From positions 19,220,001-19,284,000 of the forward strand of contig OZ024748.1 of NCBI GenBank assembly GCA_964016885.1: DNA of 64,000 nt, given 5' to 3'. The stretch comes from Eledone cirrhosa. Lineage: Eukaryota. The position numbers and the translations under genes are program-made. Each line of letters starts with the position of its first letter. The stretch's first letter is position 1. A model generated the notes under the pieces. That model was not told the origin of the DNA. It ran no database searches and was given only the letters and a program-made list of their open reading frames with translations. Below, piece by piece: positions 30,824 through 47,039 of the stretch.

Positions 30824-31544
30824 AATATATATATATATACACACATATATATATATATTTGGGCGTGCATGCGTGTGTGTTTTTGTGTGTGTTTTTGTAT
30901 GCATACACATATAATATATATGCATATATGCATGCAAACGCACACACATACATATATACATATATAAATCAAAAAGCCACTATAGATGCTTCTGACTTAA
31001 GTATGTAGATACATATCAGTTTTAATTGATATAAAATATATCTTTATCTGTGATATAAGAATTGACATAGCCGTTCGTTTAATTCCACTTAAAGGAAGAA
31101 AAAAAGAAAAATACCCGTGCTTGCTAATAAACAATTCTTATCAAGTATTACGGGTCTGTTGACTTATTATTCCCGATGGGTTCCGTTCCTCTATGACAAG
31201 AATAAGATCTTTAATCAATGTGCAGTTTCCGCTCTCATAAGAATCTGTAAGGACGATTAATGACATATAAAACAGTCATTACAAAGTCTGTTTCGGCTAA
31301 AGTATACGAACATATACTTTTAGTGTCGAAACGGACACCTTTGGGGCTACCACAGGGCTGTACTTAATCAAAACTGATAGGCTTGTAGGGTTCCTTTCTC
31401 ATTTACTTAATCCTGATGAGATAAATTGTTATGCGGTAGAAGAAGAGGCATATTATAGTTATGGCTGTGAAAATTAACTGGCCCCATTTTCTTGTTCGAT
31501 ATGAGACACAAACCCTCTAAATTCTTTCTAACACTGACAAAACA

Positions 31545-31740
31545 CCGGCAAATTTGAAGCGAAGGAGAAGTAGATTATATCAACCCCAATACATGACTGG
31601 TTCTTTATTTTATCTACCCCGGAAGAATAAAAGGCGAAGCTGGCTCAAGCAGGATTTAAATTCAGAACATAGACGGTTGTAACTAAATACCACGAACCCC
31701 TTTTATGCGACGCTCAACCGATTCTGATAATCCAGTGCCC
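31545..31740 (-). mobile_element. Degenerate Meta-domain SINE
   Basis: Diverged family match; similarly old copies at 37680-37850 and 46830-47015. Confidence 0.6.
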
Positions 31741-32321
31741 CTGACACAAAAGTAAGATTAAAATGAAAAAAGGAATATATCACACTAGCGATTAAAATTG
31801 GGGATTTGGAAGGTACATACACATAAATAGATGACGTCATTATTTGAAGCATTAAACGTGATAGGGCAGGACACCATTTTTTAATGGCTAATTTGATCTA
31901 TTGACCTACAATACTGCAGTCTCTACTGAAGTGGCTAGACAAGAAGTTTTGTAAACTGAAACAAATCAGATACTTTCTATATTATTTAATAGACATTTTT
32001 GAATTCTTATGTCAGTGATTCTCAAACTTTATTTACTCACTTTAAAACAGGCATAACTATTTTAGCACACATTTCAAAGGAAATATTAACACGTATTGGC
32101 ATAGCATAAAGTAGAAATACAGATAATTTAAACATGAGATATAGAGTTGCTCTTACGGCTATATAATAAGCAGGATGGATGTGCATGGCCTAGTGGTTGG
32201 GGTGTACATATTATTGTGAGTTCGTTTCCCACTGTCATGTTGTGTCTTTGAGAAAGCAGTTCATTGAACGTTCTCCTGTCGTCACACGCACACACACAGA
32301 GATACAAACAGACACACACAA

Positions 32322-32405
<84 letters not shown>

Positions 32406-33462
32406 ACACACACACAGACAAACACACACATACACAAACATACAAACACACACATACACACACAATAAGTAACTAGATGAAACAAGGATCGGTGGTTTAA
32501 ATAAGTAAATACATATTGTTTATAAAAAAAAAAAACGTACAGCTCATACGTATGCTGGTTTATTTGGACTCATGGGGGTTTATATTTCACAGGAGGTTTG
32601 ACGTGTGTTTTAATGATAGGGGTTTCTGTCCTATCATGAAACCCCCCCACCAAAAAAAAACAACAAAACAACAAAAAAACAAAAAACAACAACGGGAAAT
32701 GGCGCGTCTTATCGAAGAGAATAACGCAGCGCAGCTCTTAACGAAGCGAACTTACGACCTTGTTATCACGACACCATCACAACTAACTAACTACTAGACC
32801 CAAGCATTCCCAGGTTTTAGGAAAGTTGTATGAAAAGCAATCGAGCAGAAACTGTGTTCAGTGGTTTTAATATATAAAGATATAAAGTTATTATAAAAAC
32901 ATGGTCTGTCTTTAACAGTTGAACCATTAGTTATCCAGGACAACTGGGATGTTTGCTATTCATGTGCATATGTTTCAGATTGAGGACATATACCGCAGCA
33001 CCCACACACCATCCACCCCAGTCAGGGAGAGAGTGAGTAAGGGTGCTGCTATACAGACAGATATGCACAGAAACACCTAAACACATACATTCCTAAGCAC
33101 ACGCACACACACACAAACACAAAACACATTATGTATATGAGTATTTTTTCCAGGGTATTTAATGCTCCCAGGAGTTGCGACCGGTAGACAGTATCAGTAA
33201 TGGAAACATTGTTTCCTTGGTCCGATTTGGCGAGTTCCACCTCACTCAGTAAGCGAATGAAGTCTGAGATCTTGTCGATCAAACACTGTTCATTGTTATT
33301 TTTCCTGCCAATTTTTCACTTTTTCTGAGCCTTCTCTACACACATCTTTCAAAATCGAATTAATAGATGCAACGAATTCACTTTGTTTATTATTAAGTGG
33401 TGGTCGATCCATTTCAGATATATCGACCTATGTTGCTTCCGAGCAACCGTAATGCTGCTAAG

Positions 33463-33510
<48 letters not shown>

Positions 33511-33889
33511 TCATCAAAATAACAGATTAAAGTTTAAGCAAAGAAACGCTGTTTTCACCCTTAACAGGATCTTCTGAAACTATTTCTGTTAATATTACTA
33601 TTATGTATATATATACATACATATACATTTTTTTTTGTGGCATGACCCTCCCAAAGTATAACAATATACATATATATATATATATACATATATATATGTA
33701 TATATATATATGCATGGCAGTATGTATGTATAGGAGATATATTCATACTACATATATACAGAAATAGATATCAGCTTCAGGTTTCTATATATGGGTAGTT
33801 ATTTCGACATTTATGGACCGTATGTAATTACCATCATAAATATGCATGAAGTAGGAATGTTAGCAGCGAATCACACGTTAAGATATATT

Positions 33890-33943
<54 letters not shown>

Positions 33944-34005
33944 TATCCACATACGCATACACACAAAAACTAACCGTAGGGTCATGTGTATGTATATATG
34001 TATGG

Positions 34006-34149
<144 letters not shown>

Positions 34150-34270
34150 CAAATGGTTCTTGTATCCTTGTATTATATATAAATATATATACATACATAT
34201 ATTGCATTATAAATACACACACACACACACATATATATATATGTATACATATACATATATACATATATAC

Positions 34271-34341
<71 letters not shown>

Positions 34342-34372
34342 CACAAATGCATAAATATGAATATACCTATAG

Positions 34373-34488
<116 letters not shown>

Positions 34489-34922
34489 GCGTTCGTGTGT
34501 GTGTGTGTATTTGCTAATGTGTGTCGGAAGATGAGATGAGATGACATAGTTTATGTAGTTCCTTTAAGTCTTTGAAGAATTCTCTCATTTCGGTGTTTTC
34601 ACAACGTGCTAGTCTATTCTTGGTACGAATGTATTATAAACAGGTTTCCAAAGATAGACCAAATGATAATGGCGTCTGTTATATTGTTATTAATATATTT
34701 TTAGTAGGTGGGCGCCTGCTGACAATTCGGTTAGTTGTTCCCGTTTCATATCTTGGTAAGTAAAAATCTACGAATGACTGACTGTCAAAGATTGTCTTTT
34801 TACATATGTCACATATGTCACTCTGTATTTCAACAATGAGTATACCACTAAGAGGTCCGCTTAATCTGCTAAAGATAGTAGAGTAGAGAGATGAAACTGT
34901 CCTAGGCTAATGACCATATATT

Positions 34923-35023
<101 letters not shown>

Positions 35024-35074
35024 CGATGAAATACCAATGATGGTTGGAAGATCACTGATGAAGGACTAACTTTA

Positions 35075-35104
<30 letters not shown>

Positions 35105-35105
<1 letters not shown>

Positions 35106-35326
35106 TTCGTTTCTGAATTTGTTTAGCAAGATTCTTTATCTGAAAACGTCACTGAAGAGGTCACAGAATGTGTGACGAAAGAACTTTGACAATATATGAA
35201 CAATCGTCTCGTTGTGGAACCAACCAACCAACCAACCAACCAACCGGAAATTTATAAATTCCTAAATAAAGTGAAAGCACTGGTGCGTGTGTTTCTTATT
35301 GGCAACATGACCCCCCCCCCAAAGCA

Positions 35327-35330
<4 letters not shown>
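35105..35330 (+). mobile_element. PLE-derived element family A with inverted tail piece, in (TA)n
   Basis: 35105-35148 is the reverse complement of the family tail (50515-50560); body matches 52268-52472. Confidence 0.72.
35148..35190 (+). ncRNA. Minimal type I hammerhead ribozyme
   Basis: GTCA-CTGAAGA-G-GTCACA..TGTGAC-GAAA-G-AA-C-TT^TGAC. Stem III is minimal and the CUU triplet is poor. Confidence 0.6.
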
Positions 35331-35389
<59 letters not shown>

Positions 35390-35487
35390 GTATATATATA
35401 TTTATCTATTAAATTTTAAGCAAAGAATCGCTACTTTCATCCTTAACGGGATTTTCATCGGATTTTTGTCTTCACGTTTATTATTAT

Positions 35488-35568
<81 letters not shown>

Positions 35569-35575
35569 CATTACA

Positions 35576-35684
35576 CAGGTCCTGATTTATGTGCTTGTAG
35601 GGCCCCGGGCAAATCAGATTTGGTGGGTCCCTCACACAACAACAAACACACAGACTCACGCACAGAGACATATAACACACACAT

Positions 35685-35715
<31 letters not shown>

Positions 35716-35825
35716 CATAAGCAAGAAGTGAGTGAGAGAGAGTCGTGTTCATAGTGGGGGTAGTTCTGTTTGATTGGAGGCTGCAGAGCATTCGCCATCA
35801 CTGACCCCTAATAAATACGGCCCTG
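35576..35825. mobile_element. hAT-like MITE
   Basis: Imperfect TIRs CAGGTCCTGATTTAT / ATAAATACGGCCCTG; subterminal GGGCCCC; 8-bp flanks match 5/8. Confidence 0.55.
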
Positions 35826-36086
35826 CTATCACAGAAGTGATTTTTTTGTAATCTGATGAACCCTTAATGAAAGACGAAACAGCTGAAAACAAATCTACGA
35901 ATATCTGACATTGTAAAGAGACAGACTTTTACTTTCTATTGTATTAAAGCGAAGGAAACTTTGCAAGGTCTGCTTGATCTGCTAGAAATAGCAGCGAAGA
36001 TAATTGTTCAGAGTTGAAGCGCACGTGTTCATAAATCTAAATATATCTAAATATGTGACTTAGGGGATGTTTGGTGAGGACTTAAT

Positions 36087-36370
36087 TCTTCTTCTTGTCG
36101 TGTCCACAAGAGTATCAGTTACGAAGCTTGGCTAGATGTGGTACCGCCACAGCTGGACACGTTGCTGTCCTTTCTCATTAAACTCTGTCAATTGCAATAC
36201 TGTGCAGGTGTTTTCCAGCAGGGGGCATATCAAGAAGTGCTGCGTAGTCTGTGGTTCGTTGTCGAAGGGGTCAAGATAGGAGTGAGCACAATGCGTTCCT
36301 GGAAATATCGATAAGACCGACAAGATCGACAAAATATTGCTAATCCTAACACCACCACAAGCAAGAGTTA
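36087..36370 (-). mobile_element. Short Ingi/Vingi-like non-LTR element with (AAG)n tail
   Basis: C-terminal peptide PQTTQHFLICPLLENTCT..W..I*; 3' end GACACGACAAGAAGAAGA; 12-bp TSD TGAGGACTTAAT at 36075-36086 and 36371-36382. Clade assignment is inferred. Confidence 0.7.
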
Positions 36371-36553
36371 TGAGGACTTAATGAGAAATGATATTGGGAG
36401 GTTTGCTTCTCAACCCTAAAAATTCTACAACCCGGAACCCGTCTGTTTTATTAAATGAATTCATGTTCAAAGTGAAATTAAAGTAAATAGTCTGATAAAC
36501 ATACTTGCTATAACTTACGTATAAATACGCATAGTGTTGTCATTGTATATACG

Positions 36554-36675
<122 letters not shown>

Positions 36676-36855
36676 AATTTAATATAGAAATGGCTTCTAC
36701 GGGACTAGAACTGTTTCATTCGAAAGAAATCATCTGGAAAGCCTGATGATCTTCGTCGAATGATAAGTAGAAGCCACTTCTATATTGAATTTGTTGTGTA
36801 AACTGTACTAATGTATTGAGTACCTTACTGTGGTTACCTTCGATTGAACCCGGGA
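36676..36855. mobile_element. PLE family C, imperfect hairpin
   Basis: Inverted arms around GGAAAGCC; CTGATGA core; GTATTGAGTACC tail. Confidence 0.6.
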
Positions 36856-36868
36856 CTCATACACACAC

Positions 36869-36911
<43 letters not shown>

Positions 36912-36916
<5 letters not shown>

Positions 36917-37188
36917 CACGAAGATAAGTGTGTTACACAGTGAGAAGTGTGTAAAGAATTATTACAAGTAATTTTACCGTTACTGTATAGGGAACAATAT
37001 CTACAGGTTGGCAATTAAATAGAAAAAAGAATTTTTTCTATTTTTCTATTTTTATTTTTTTTAATTTTTTTTTTTCCTATTTAATTGCCAACCTGTAGAT
37101 ATTGTTCCCTATACAGTAACGGTAAAATCACTTGTAATAATTCTTTACACACTTCTCACTGTGTAACACACTTCTCTTTGTGTAATAT
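36912..37188. repeat. ~115-bp inverted repeat with T-rich spacer, next to (TA)n
   Basis: 36912-37027 is the reverse complement of about 37073-37188 with few mismatches. Confidence 0.85.
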
Positions 37189-38229
37189 ATACTTGCATTT
37201 GAGCTCAGAAGGAAATTCTCTATTATTCTTTGAGCTAATACTATTATTATTATTATTACAGTGAACTGCGGAATACTCTTAATTCCGATCTTTGTATATA
37301 TATATATATATATATATATATGCCTTTTGTAGATAAGGACGTAGAGAAAATATGTGACTAAACAGAGCTATAAAGAAAATATGTATTAGAACGCTGCAAT
37401 GGGTGAGTATCTTTATAAGGTAGGATAATTTGATGTACGAAAGGATGAAAGTGGTGGTGGGTGTGAGAATTAATAAACAAACTAGAATTGAATGGTAGAA
37501 GAATGGTGGAAATATGAACGACCTTTGTGAAATCGTAAGAGATTGCCATACTGCGCTTCTAGGGTATTTTTACATGTGGCGGGACCAATCTCCTCTCCTG
37601 GTCTGAATACAGCTTATTTCTATTTCTTCCAGAGAATGATAGAAAGAGTAAGAAAATGGAAGTGAAAAAGAGATATAGAGGAAGAATTGACCCCAGTACT
37701 AGACTGGTTCTTTTTTTTTAATAATTAAGTCGGAATGATGAAAGACAAAGTTGAATTTGGTGAGATTTGAACTCAGAGAACAGAGATACGGAAAGAATTC
37801 TGCAAAGCATTCTATCCAACGTTCCAACGACTTTACCAATTCTCTGCCTCTCGTAAGACATGAAGAAATGTTAAAATAAAATTACCGACGTATATTTACT
37901 CGGACGCCTTAACGAATCTACCAATTCGTCGCATTCCAAAATCCTCTCGCCCGCACCATCGCCCTGTTACCAGCAGCAAACCTTATAGAAATTATTCGTT
38001 ATCTTTATTTATAGAAATATGTCATATGGCATTATTCTGGTCGTCGAGGTCTGGTTTAGGTATTTTTCCATCTAAAACAAGTAAACAGAACATCAATGTT
38101 TGTACGTAAAGCTAATATCAGCTGTTGTATACTGGGCGTCATTATTTTGGTCTCGGAACAACCCATCCTAAACTAAATGACGTCTTACTTACACATCACG
38201 TACACACTATGTGTTGTATATATATATGA

Positions 38230-38303
<74 letters not shown>

Positions 38304-38354
38304 TTATATACATCAGTATCTTTATCTCTCTCTAAATAAACATACATATATCTC

Positions 38355-38569
<215 letters not shown>

Positions 38570-38737
38570 GTGCGTGTGTGTGTGTGCGTGTGTGTGTGTG
38601 CGTGTGTTTGTGTGTCCCCACACACACTGCTAACAGTTGCCAGCTGCATTGTTGGATTTCCCTTTCAGCCAACACATCCCAGCAAGGTTTGTTGTTGAAC
38701 TGTGACAAACAACAACACAAAGTTGATGAAGCATTTG

Positions 38738-38778
<41 letters not shown>

Positions 38779-38948
38779 GCTATAATAATAATAATAATAA
38801 TAGTAATAATAATATTAATAATGAAAAAAATATATATAACATAATGTACATACATGGAAGATAGAGATTGACGTCATACCACATACGTTTTCGTAGCTGA
38901 CGTCTTCTATTATACTCTGTTTCCTAGTTTACTTGGGGGTTTAGGGTA

Positions 38949-38988
<40 letters not shown>

Positions 38989-39050
38989 TGTACACACATA
39001 CACACACACAGACACACACACATACACACATTCACACACATACACACATT

Positions 39051-39099
<49 letters not shown>

Positions 39100-39495
39100 C
39101 ACATATACACACACAGACACACACACACACATACACACATACACACATTCACACACATACACACATTCACACACACATATATATATAAATATATAATTAC
39201 TAACCTTCTGAGAGTGAATTCTCATATATATATATATATACACAGTTGAAAATTGCAAACTCGACTGTCACCACATATTATGAACCTGAAGATTGCGAAA
39301 GCATGAAAGTACTTGTTCAATTAACACTTAGAATTTAATATTCTATCATACTATTTCATTATAATACCATTATATATTTTAAAAGATTGTAAGTAAAACG
39401 AGTAAATCAGACAAAGTTGGAATTCCTCTTATTAATATAATCTTCTATACACAATCATACACACCCGTGTATATTTACCTATCTATATCTATATA

Positions 39496-39787
<292 letters not shown>

Positions 39788-39826
39788 TATATATATATAT
39801 ATATATAAATTATAAATATACATATA

Positions 39827-40111
<285 letters not shown>

Positions 40112-40879
40112 ACATTGTGTTTTGCATTTCTGAGTTTGTGTTGGTATTATATATACATACATATATATACAATATATTAATAAATGGAAACTATATTTAT
40201 AAAACCATATTTATTTTATTATATATATTTCAAGGGCAACCAAGGCAAATTATGGTGCGCTTTCATCAGATAAAATACAGATTTCTTTCATAAATAAATA
40301 TTGACATACCCGGAAAAAAAGACAACCTTAACGGATGGAGCTTCCTGGATATTAATATATTGCGTATTTACTCCACCAAACTGTTGAGTGCTTTATATGG
40401 GTTATAAACATTTTTAAGCTTGTTGAATCCTAACAAATTAAATATAACCTCTGCATATATATATATATATTATTTTTCTATGAACGAAATGGCTTTTTCC
40501 AGGACTTACAACTGTTTCTTACGAACGAAACAGTTCTAGTCGTGTAAAAATTATTTCTATAATAACATAAAGATGCCTATACTCTACTAACGTATTGAGT
40601 ACCTTTTTGATATATGGACTGTCGGATTTGGTGGATGCTCACCCAGTAAGAACCATAGTCGATAGGGCTTTACAAGATTAGTGAAGACAAGAAACAGTCG
40701 GTCCTCGAGTGTAGCAGCAGAGAAAGCCTAGAAGTATCTCTGGATAAAAGAGATGAACCGTAGTTTATTGCTGCTGCGAGGCTATTCGGGGCCTGATCTG
40801 TCCTGGGTGGATATTCTGAGTAAGGCGGTATGATATTGAAAGACCCGTTGTACCCAATGACGTCCGGATACGTCACTAA

Positions 40880-41070
40880 TAATTGTTTCTACGTTTGGCA
40901 CAAGGCCAGCAATTATCTCAGTGCGTTACTGGTACTATATTTTATCGACCCCGTAAGGATGAAAGGCAAAGTTAACCTCGGCGGGATTTGAACGTAGACC
41001 GGAAAGGGACGTAACTATGCTAGAAAGCATGGCGTCCAACCCTCTACCGATACTGCCAATCCACTGCCCT
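40880..41070 (-). mobile_element. Full-length short-type Meta-domain SINE with TSD
   Basis: Family match; CTAATAATT on both sides. Confidence 0.9.
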
Positions 41071-41099
41071 AATAATTAGTCCTAGTTCATCTACAAAGA

Positions 41100-41370
41100 T
41101 TCATATTGTTTATCCCTCTTGTTGGCGTTGGAAGATGCCACGAGCTCGACCACAACCTTATAGGAGAGCGACCGATATTTCGACTTTTTGACCTCTTCTG
41201 CTCCCGGATCACATCACTCCTCTTTACTATCGGGGTGGAGTTGGCTATTCACAGGAGCGAGCTCCACGAGTTGGAACAACCGTTCCAACGTTTCTCTGTC
41301 GCCATCCCCCGAAGCAACGTCTTCTCCATTCTGCCTACAGGGACCACGAGAAAGATTAACCCTTAAAAGA
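41100..41370 (+). mobile_element. Degenerate CRE-like non-LTR retrotransposon C-terminus (restriction-like endonuclease end)
   Basis: FIPLV..; ELEQPFQRFSVAIPRSNVFSILPT resembles the CRE motif LFQRLSVAIQRGNAxSILxT. Confidence 0.55.
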
Positions 41371-42262
41371 GAGATAAGTTGTCTGTAAACAGAAGGTTAA
41401 TTTAGAATGTAAGGATATATTTGTTAGCGAAATTTAGTTAAGTCTCACAGAATCTGCTAATATGCTATTGAAGCATAATTTAACAAATGTTCTCACATAA
41501 AATTATGATGGAATGCTTTTAGATAAATATAAGCACTTTAAAATAAACAGCTTTGTATCGTAGAAGCAGATGCGGTTTCGGTCGGTTTGGTATGAAAAGG
41601 GTTAGTATCATCTATATTTAGGAAAACATTTTATGGGTGTAATCCATATTATCTTACAACGTCGCACTCTAGTCCTATCGAGACAGACATTGCTATGAGG
41701 TTAACGTTCTATTCCCAAACACTCCTCAGTTTGAAAGATGCTGCAAGACAAAAGCCTAGAATCTATATATGTAATTAACTGTCACATGGATTAGTGGTTA
41801 AGCTGTTCAGCATACGATTGTAAAGTGTGATTTCGATTCATAGCGGCATGTTTTATCCTTGCGGAAGTCTCATTGAGGTTAACTTTGCTTTTCATCCTTA
41901 CGAGACCGATAAAATAAAGTACCAGTAATACACTGCTTAATTGCTGGCCTTGTGCCAAAAGTAGAAACAATTATATCGCCTTGCTTAAGTTCACTCAGCT
42001 GGCAAAAAAAAACAACAATAAAATACATAATGAGTTGTAACTGAAATTTAAGTACCAGTCCTGTCACACCATGTAACACTGTATTACTCTAAAAACTGTA
42101 TTAAGTTGTAGATGTGTGTAAGTGTGGAATGCTTAGTAGCTTGCCCTTTAATTTCATGAGCAGGCTGTTTCGTTGTTCGTCAACTGGTACACTGGTCGTC
42201 GAATGCTTTAGAGATCCAACTTCAACAGCAACAACAACAACAAATCCACCGTGGTTCTTCTA

Positions 42263-45200
42263 ATATATATTGTATATAAATATATATTGTATATAAATAT
42301 ATAATGTATATAAATATATATTGTATATAAATATATAATGTATATAAATATATATTGTATATAAATATATATTGTATATAAATATATAATGTATATAAAT
42401 ATATATTGTATATAAATATATAATGTATATACATATATATTGTATATAAATATATATTGTATATAAATATATAATGTATATAAATATATATTGTATATAA
42501 ATATATAATGTATATAAATATATATTGTATATAAATATATATTGTATATAAATATATAATGTATATAAATATATATTGTATATAAATATATATTGTATAT
42601 AAATATATAATTGTTTCTACTTTTTGGCACAAGGCCAGAAATTATCCAGTGTATTACTGGTACTTTATTTTATCGACCACGTAAGGATGAAAGGCAAAGT
42701 CAACCTCGGCGGGATTTGAACTCAGATCGTAAAGGGACGTAACTATGCTGGAAAGCTGGAAAGCATGTATATAAATATATAATGTATATAAATATATATT
42801 GTATATAAATATATATTGTATATAAATATATAATGTATATAAATATATATTGTATATAAATATATAATGTATATAAATATATATTGTATATAAATATATA
42901 ATGTATATAAATATATATTGTATATAAATATATAATGTATATAAATATATATTGTATATAAATATATAATGTATATAAATATATATTGTATATAAATATA
43001 TAATGTATATAAATATATATTGTATATAAATATATAATGTATATAAATATATATTGTATATAAATATATAATGTATATAAATATATATTGTATATAAATA
43101 TATAATGTATATAAATATATATTGTATATAAATATATAATGTATATAAATATATATTGTATATAACTATATAATGTATATAAATATATAATGTATATAAA
43201 TATATAATGTATATAAATATATATTGTATATAAATATATAATGTATATAAATATATATTGTATATAAATATATATTGTATATAAATATATAATGTATATA
43301 AATATATATTGTATATAAATATATAATGTATATAAATATATATTGTATATAAATATATAATGTATATAAATATATATTGTATATAAATATATAATGTATA
43401 TAAATATATATTGTATATAAATATATAATGTATATAAATATATAATGTATATAAATATATATTGTATATAAATATATATTGTATATAAATATATAATGTA
43501 TATAAATATATATTGTATATAAATATATAATGTATATAAATATATATTGTATATAAATATATAATGTATATAAATATATATTGTATATAAATATATAATG
43601 TATATAAATATATATTGTATATAAATATATAATGTATATAAATATATATTGTATATAAATATATAATGTATATAAATATATATTGTATATAAATATATAA
43701 TGTATATAAATATATATTGTATATAAATATATAATGTATATAAATATATATTGTATATAAATATATAATGTATATAAATATATATTGTATATAAATATAT
43801 AATGTATATAAATATATATTGTATATAAATATATAATGTATATAAATATATAATGTATATAAATATATATTGTATATAAATATATAATGTATATAAATAT
43901 ATATTGTATATAAATATATAATGTATATAAATATATATTGTATATAAATATATAATGTATATAAATATATATTGTATATAAATATATATTGTATATAAAT
44001 ATATAATGTATATAAATATATATTGTATATAAATATATATTGTATATAAATATATAATGTATATAAATATATATTGTATATAAATATATAATGTATATAA
44101 ATATATATTGTATATAAATATATAATGTATATAAATATATATTGTATATAAATATATAATGTATATAAATATATATTGTATATAAATATATAATGTATAT
44201 AAATATATATTGTATATAAATATATAATGTATATAAATATATATTGTATATAAATATATAATGTATATAAATATATATTGTATATAAATATATAATGTAT
44301 ATAAATATATATTGTATATAAATATATATTGTATATAAATATATATTGTATATAAATATATAATGTATATAAATATATATTGTATATAAATATATAATGT
44401 ATATAAATATATATTGTATATAAATATATAATGTATATAAATATATAATGTATATAAATATATATTGTATATAAATATATAATGTATATAAATATATATT
44501 GTATATAAATATATAATGTATATAAATATATATTGTATATAAATATATAATGTATATAAATATATATTGTATATAAATATATAATGTATATAAATATATA
44601 TTGTATATAAATATATAATGTATATAAATATATATTGTATATAAATATATAATGTATATAAATATATATTGTATATAAATATATATTGTATATAAATATA
44701 TAATGTATATAAATATATATTGTATATAAATATATAATGTATATAAATATATATTGTATATAAATATATAATGTATATAAATATATATTGTATATAAATA
44801 TATAATGTATATAAATATATATTGTATATAAATATATATTGTATATAAATATATAATGTATATAAATATATAATGTATATAAATATATATTGTATATAAA
44901 TATATAATGTATATAAATATATATTGTATATAAATATATAATGTATATAAATATATATTGTATATAAATATATAATGTATATAAATATATATTGTATATA
45001 AATATATAATGTATATAAATATATATTGTATATAAATATATAATGTATATAAATATATATTGTATATAAATATATAATGTATATAAATATATAATGTATA
45101 TAAATATATATTGTATATAAATATATAATGTATATAAATATATATTGTATATAAATATATAATGTATATAAATATATATTGTATATAAATATATATTGTA

Positions 45201-46042
45201 TATAAATATATATTGTATATAAATATATAATGTATATAAATATATATTGTATATAAATATATAATGTATATAAATATATATTGTATATAAATATATAATG
45301 TATATAAATATATATTGTATATAAATATATATTGTATATAAATATATAATGTATATAAATATATATTGTATATAAATATATAATGTATATAAATATATAT
45401 TGTATATAAATATATAATGTATATAAATATATATTGTATATAAATATATAATGTATATAAATATATATTGTATATAAATATATAATGTATATAAATATAT
45501 ATTGTATATAAATATATATTGTATATAAATATATAATGTATATAAATATATAATGTATATAAATATATATTGTATATAAATATATAATGTATATAAATAT
45601 ATATTGTATATAAATATATAATGTATATAAATATATATTGTATATAAATATATAATGTATATAAATATATATTGTATATAAATATATAATGTATATAAAT
45701 ATATATTGTATATAAATATATAATGTATATAAATATATATTGTATATAAATATATAATGTATATAAATATATAATGTATATAAATATATATTGTATATAA
45801 ATATATAATGTATATAAATATATATTGTATATAAATATATAATGTATATAAATATATATTGTATATAAATATATATTGTATATAAATATATATTGTATAT
45901 AAATATATAATGTATATAAATATATATTGTATATAAATATATAATGTATATAAATATATATTGTATATAAATATATAATGTATATAAATATATATTGTAT
46001 ATAAATATATAATGTATATAAATATATAATGTATATAAATAT
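42263..46042. repeat. 17-bp two-variant minisatellite (TATATAAATATATATTG / TATATAAATATATAATG), about 210 units, interrupted by a SINE
   Basis: G every 17 bp (42784, 42801, 42818...); the variants mostly alternate. Confidence 0.97.
42609..42766 (-). mobile_element. 5'-truncated Meta-domain SINE inside the 17-bp array
   Basis: Family match. Confidence 0.88.
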
Positions 46043-46043
46043 G

Positions 46044-46232
46044 CGGTGGATTGGCAGTATCGGTAGAGGGTTGTACACCATGCTTTGCAGCAAAGAGTTA
46101 CGGCCCTTTATGGTCTGAGCTCAAATCCCGTCGAGGTTAATTTTGCCTTTCATCCTTATGGGGTCGATAAAATAAAGTACCAGTAATACACTGGGATAAT
46201 TGCTGGCCTTGTGCCAAAAGTAGGAACAATTT
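46044..46232 (+). mobile_element. Meta-domain SINE terminating the 17-bp array
   Basis: Near full-length family match. Confidence 0.9.
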
Positions 46233-46259
46233 ATTTAATTAAGTTGTCACGCGACTGCA

Positions 46260-46545
46260 CGTTATGCAGAATTGAGAGACCACATCTACGGTACTATGGG
46301 CATGTTGTTAGAATGTCTCAGAAAAGAATCGCTGGACAGATTTTACAGGCAAAAACCAACCGACTGGAGAGCCGGGGGTTGACCCCGGGGAAGATGGTTG
46401 GATAACATCCACGAGCTTGACTAGTTCCGGTTGGGGATGTAGCCGGATTAGTTGGAGTCGGCTACTTCTGGCAAGACCTGCTGAAAGGAGTGTTTCAGGG
46501 CTCTGCTCGCACGAACCTGTCAGGAATAAGAAATGTTTATGGGTA
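46260..46545 (+). mobile_element. RTE-clade LINE 3' fragment
   Basis: HLRYYGHVVRMSQKRI..RG.P.GRWLDNI matches the RTE C-terminal motif LRWFGHVxRM..RGRP..RWxD. Confidence 0.8.
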
Positions 46546-47039
46546 AGTGTTAGCAGTATTGTCTTACACTTCGCACTCAGCAATCCTATCAACACAGACA
46601 TATACTTGAGGTTATTGTCCTCATTCTGTAGGTACCGCCAATATTTTTTTCATTAGAAACATGCAGCTAGCCATACCTAACGTGTTAACTCAACATCCTT
46701 CATTATTCATTTAAATCAGACGTTCCCAAGCTTTTTTTACTACATTCCCTTGAATTTTTCTCATGGACTCACCGCTACATTTTCTCCCATCCTAGATTCT
46801 TATACGACAATAATAACTCTTTATAAGATTGTGGCAGAAGACAACAATTTAAGAGGCAAGGGTAAAACTCAATTATTACACACCCAGTACTTAACTGATA
46901 TTTTATTTCATCGACCTCGGAAAAATAAAAGGCAAAGTGGGCCTTGGTAGGGTTCGAACCCAGAATGTAAAGAATTGGAACAAATAACTCACAGCATATT
47001 GTCCGACTAAGCGAATGAAAGAATTTTTTTATGTCGAAC

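Noticed and set aside
33049-33320. Short complex ORF (IDKISDFIRLLSEVELAK..)
   Set aside because: No recognisable family or exon boundaries; possibly a transposon relic.
34708-34755. Candidate micro-exons (also 19654-19700 on minus and 17929-17970 on plus)
   Set aside because: Splice-like motifs only; no recognisable product and no consistent strand. RNA-seq would be needed.
43166-46093. 975-aa ORF
   Set aside because: Translation of the 17-bp array, whose minus strand lacks stop codons; the start lies in a SINE.
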